Part shown: positions 60,186 to 64,000 of the stretch, piece after piece
Layout of the letters: every line of letters begins with the position of its first letter
Position numbering within the stretch: the stretch's first letter is position 1
Source of the DNA: Utricularia gibba
Taxonomy: Eukaryota; Plantae; Magnoliophyta
DNA: 64,000 bases
Direction of reading: 5' to 3'
NCBI GenBank assembly: GCA_002189035.1
Contig: NEEC01000007.1
Location: 310,001-374,000, forward strand
Program-made: the position numbers and the translations under genes
Notes under the pieces: model-generated
Told to the model about the DNA's origin: nothing
Databases searched by the model: none
Seen by the model: only the letters and a program-made list of their open reading frames with translations

Positions 60186-60404
60186 CTGATTGTCCAGATA
60201 TTGGCCTGTGCAATTTTTTTGTCTGCTCACTTTGTAAATGGCTATGACATGTAGATGTAATCTGAATGACATTCATGAAACCAAACTCCAAAAGCAAGTT
60301 AAGATGGCCATCCAGTTTTTTAAGATTACGAGAACAAGTGTTGGGGATCCTGAAATAGGTGACAAAACAAATGCGCATGCCAAAGTAAGATGGTAGGGTT
60401 GCGA

Positions 60405-62163
60405 TTAGGTAAGATCATCTTCATCCAATGGTTCTTCATCCTCATCCAAAGCACTCTTCTTGAAAGCTGTTACATCCCCGGTGGGCAACTTTCTTCCGAG
60501 CCTGATGATCTGCGGTTCACATGGCAGAGCATTGTGCGAAGAATGGAAAAGGGAATACTTGCTGAGTAGATGTAAGAAGAGATTTACCATGTGGTCAAGA
60601 TTGGAAATAATGCTCGACTGTGCTGCACGTTTGATTTCCTCGACATTACCATCTGTGTATGCAGAGAGAAGTCTGGAAGCAGCACGATTTTGATCGCTGC
60701 TCAGGAAAGCATCTACCCTGGGAAAGTAGAAGATTTTATGGTACAACACGGAATTCAAAGATAGAAGGCACCAGCAAATATGAATAGAAATGACTTACTG
60801 GGAACAATCATTGTAGCATTTCTGGGCTTGTTGGAAGTCATGTGCATAAAGATACACAATGATTGCACTAAGATAAGCCTACAGAAGATCATGTCACAAC
60901 ATATCTCAAAAAAAAAAAAATCACAAAACTGATCTCTTGTTAACGTTATGCAACAAAGTGGCATAGAAATATTAATGAACACAGAAAAAAACTCAAGACC
61001 TTGCACTGACTATGCGTGGAATTACTCTTATCAGCAGCTAAGGCCCATTTTAAAAGAAGAGTAGCAGCATCCTCATACCTGTAGGCAGCAGAAACATAAA
61101 TGACCAAATCTAAAAACCTTCATCCAGCAATTATACAGAATACAGCTGAAAATGAAAGTACCGCTATTTCAACTGAAGTAACAGATTGGCCTTCACATGA
61201 CGAGCAATCAAACCATAATTCAAGCCATGACGCAGAAGTGGAAAAAAAAATCTAGATGTCACGCACTCTGAATGTACCGCTATTTCAACAGAGATTTACA
61301 ACTGTAAATGGCATGCTTACTTCTCAAGCCTTATATAAAGGCTCGTAGCAGCACGATACAGATCAAAGGACATCTGTTCCTTCCCATCTTCTTCGAGTAT
61401 TCCACAGGCATCAATGTACAACTGGATAGCTTCATCGGGAGACTTTTCTTCCAAAGCACTTAAAAGATTGCACAAGTTTTATCAATTGAGTGATCTAACT
61501 AAGCAGCCAGCAGCAACAGTAAAAACGCAATAGAGAAAATATTGGCCACAGATCATTAGTGCATACCGAGCACCCTTCGCAAGTGCATCTGATGCAGCCT
61601 GAGACCTTCCACACTCAATGTACAACTCGGAAGCATGCTTATAAAAGTCATGCACCTCCTTCAAATTACCTAGTTCCTTGGCTATAGCCCCTGCAGACTC
61701 CATATGTTTCGCAGCATCCCAAGGTCTGATTCACTAGTCAAGGCTGACATAATTGTTCATGAATACAAAAGGAATTCCACATCAAGCCAAGCAGTAGAAC
61801 AATTAGGATACGAGGAGAGCATCTCCTGGCCTTTGGAAGCCTTCTCGAATGCATCCTTAGCGTTTTCATATTTCTTCGCTAGACGAAAAGCAATCGCTGC
61901 AGGAAAAATACGTCACATCTACAACTACATAATCCGAGTAGTCATTCCGCGGCCGTGAGTCCTACCTGCTTGTTCATAAAGAGATGTGGCGCTCCTCCAA
62001 TCAGCATTCCATCTGGTGAAGCTAAGTTTCGTCCTGCAAAACCACAATCGTCATAGGATTCCACGCATACGAGTAGTTTTAAGGAGTTCGCAAAATTTTC
62101 GAGTGATGGAACTCGCAGTTTATCAGCTTTGCGCATCAGTTGATCGGGATCGGAAGCCGCCAT
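60405..62163 (-). CDS. GSNAP: Gamma-soluble NSF attachment protein, multi-exon
   Basis: MAASDPDQLMRKADKLTKLSFTRWNADWRSA, SPWDAAKHMESAG, ECGRSQAASDALAKGARALEE and the acidic end DEDEEPLDEDDLT*. Confidence 0.95.
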
Positions 62164-62350
62164 GGATGATCGGAGCAAGAAACACTGCCGTCGCCACAAG
62201 GTCAAACCTCAATTTCCGGCTGAAGCAGTCGTGGATGATACGAGAGCAGCTCGGAAAATCCAACCGAAAGCGCTCGATTTTGGCGTGAAATTAATTGAAC
62301 CGCAAACGCGCTTTCCTCCCAGATTTTGCCATTTATTTAATTATACGTTG

Positions 62351-62366
62351 TATATATATATATATA
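62351..62366 (+). repeat. (TA)8 microsatellite in the gamma-SNAP/WRKY divergent intergenic region
   Basis: tatatatatatatata read directly. Confidence 0.85.
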
Positions 62367-62779
62367 ACAAAAATTCAGCTATTACAGTTGATGTTGTTTC
62401 TTTACTATAATAAAAGGGTGGAACGTCATCACCCAGGAGGGGCTGTTGTCGTCATTTCCTAATTAATTATGTGATTAACGAATTAAATATTATTATAATT
62501 TGCAACAGAATATATTCAATAATATCATACTTCGTAAGAATCTTCTTTTAGATATTCAAAAATTTGACCATTTATTTTAAAATAGTTAAATAAATTATAA
62601 TATATTACTTCCATTTTATCTAAACTTTCCCTGCTTGCGTATGGGCTTGGAGTTTTAGCTGCCATTTCCCCTTTATATATCAAAAGTCAGCTACTTGTTC
62701 TTCCTCTTCTTCTTCTTCATGTATTGTTTGTATTTTTGTGTGTGCACAGAAACTCCTCCATACGCTCTGGTCCTAGAGC

Positions 62780-64000
62780 ATGTGTAGTCAGTGGATGGAG
62801 AATAATTATCAGGGCGATTTAACCGATATTATCAGAGCCAGCAACTGCGGTGGCCGCGGCGGTGGCGGTGGGGCGGGAGAAGCGGAGCCATGGGAGTTTC
62901 CAACGAACTATTTAGCTAACCCGGATGAAGATTTCGGCGACCCATTTACCCATTTCGGAGATCCGCTTCTTCGTGATACTGACGCGCAGGTTTCAGGGTT
63001 TCTGCACCCTTCCACTTTCTTCAAAGCCGGGTTTGAAGAAGCGGGAGGTGGGTTTCCGGTGGGGAAGGCGACACCGGAACCGCCGTGCGCAGATTCTCCC
63101 GCGGCACAGAAGCGCCTGCTGGTTCAAACTGATGGATTTTTGACGAAAATGGACGGCTCAGATATGCCGATCTCGTCTCCGCGAATTACGGGGACCAAGA
63201 GAAGGTGGAGATTTTCTGTTTTCTTACATAAGGTTATGATTTTTTGAATACAGGGTTTTTAGTTTTTCTTCCTGGGATTCAAAATACGGTTTCTCGGCTT
63301 TGTGAACATGTTAACGACAAACTCCGATCAGCTTATGATAATAAAAAACGTGGCTTTCTTTCGTTTCACTGTTTTTTCTCACATCCCGAGCACTTCCATT
63401 CTCACAAATTCTCCGTGTTTTCCGGCTTTTGTAGTGGAAAACACGAAAAGGGTTTTGTCTCAGTTTGCACAATTTGGTGTAAGTGGTGTGCTGTGTGGGG
63501 TTGTTTTCTACTAAAAGGTAATTTGATCTGAGCAGAAAGAATCAGGCAAAGAAGGTGGTCTGTATTCCAGCGCCGTTGCCGGCGAACGCCAGGTCCAGCG
63601 GCGAAGTTGTGCCATCTGATCTTTGGGCATGGAGGAAGTACGGACAGAAGCCCATCAAGGGGTCTCCTTTTCCAAGGTAATGGTCAAAAAGTGCTTACAC
63701 AAGACATAGTGCCAGTCTCAGGCTATCCTCTTTGGCCGTGTTCTGTCATCTAGGGCTTACTACAAGTGCAGCAGTTCAAAGGGATGCTCGGCAAGGAAAC
63801 AAGTTGAACGGAGCCGAACCGATCCCAACATGCTCGTGATCACTTACACTTCGGAGCACAATCATCAATGGCCGACCCAAAGAAACGCCCTGGCCGGCTC
63901 AACCAGATATCCTGCTTCGAGGAAGACCCAAAACCCCATGGAGACGCATGAAACCCCGCCATCCGCCGCGTCGGCAAGCTCCTCCTCATCCACCGTGAAG
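62780..64000 (+). CDS. WRKY transcription factor group IIe (WRKY14/35-like); exons 62780-63204, 63536-63676, 63754->64000; C-terminus beyond the window end
   Basis: [90 protein letters not shown] (WRKYGQK plus C2H2 finger). Confidence 0.94.

Noticed and set aside
1-64000. tRNA, rRNA, CRISPR arrays, transposase/RT genes, organellar insertions, biosynthetic gene cluster
   Set aside because: None were recognisable by eye. The neighbouring enzymes do not form a pathway. tRNAscan-SE, Rfam and repeat searches would be needed to exclude small ncRNAs formally.

Overview
Eukaryotic (flowering-plant, eudicot-type) nuclear DNA, not prokaryotic. I can support 27 protein-coding genes plus one probable pseudogene in 64 kb (about one locus per 2.3 kb). 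Most introns are 70-130 nt, intergenic gaps are tiny, and I see no transposon, tRNA, rRNA or CRISPR sequence. This fits a miniaturised genome such as Utricularia/Genlisea (inference, not proven). In order: PLS-PPR (runs off the left edge), vacuolar sorting receptor, histidine-phosphatase/PGM-like, CYSTM-like pseudogene, SKL1, PLS-E PPR, SF3A1, PTAC14, UFO, SAICAR synthetase, organellar PheRS, L7/L12-family protein, HAK/KUP K+ transporter, multi-pass membrane protein, glycine cleavage H, CPN60-alpha2, P-type PPR, CX9C protein, cytochrome c6A, PP2 lectin, RNaseH-like/RBR E3 ligase, TLC-domain protein, SH4-clade trihelix TF, PsaF, small TM protein, SBT2 subtilase, gamma-SNAP and a group IIe WRKY (runs off the right edge). 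The strongest unexplained pattern is that five (tentatively six) genes, including UFO, each carry one frameshift that is repaired by adding a single base to a homopolymer run. This most likely reflects uncorrected sequencing error rather than biology. I did not find convincing evidence of a new multi-gene system. All homology calls are from recognition of conserved motifs, with no database search run.
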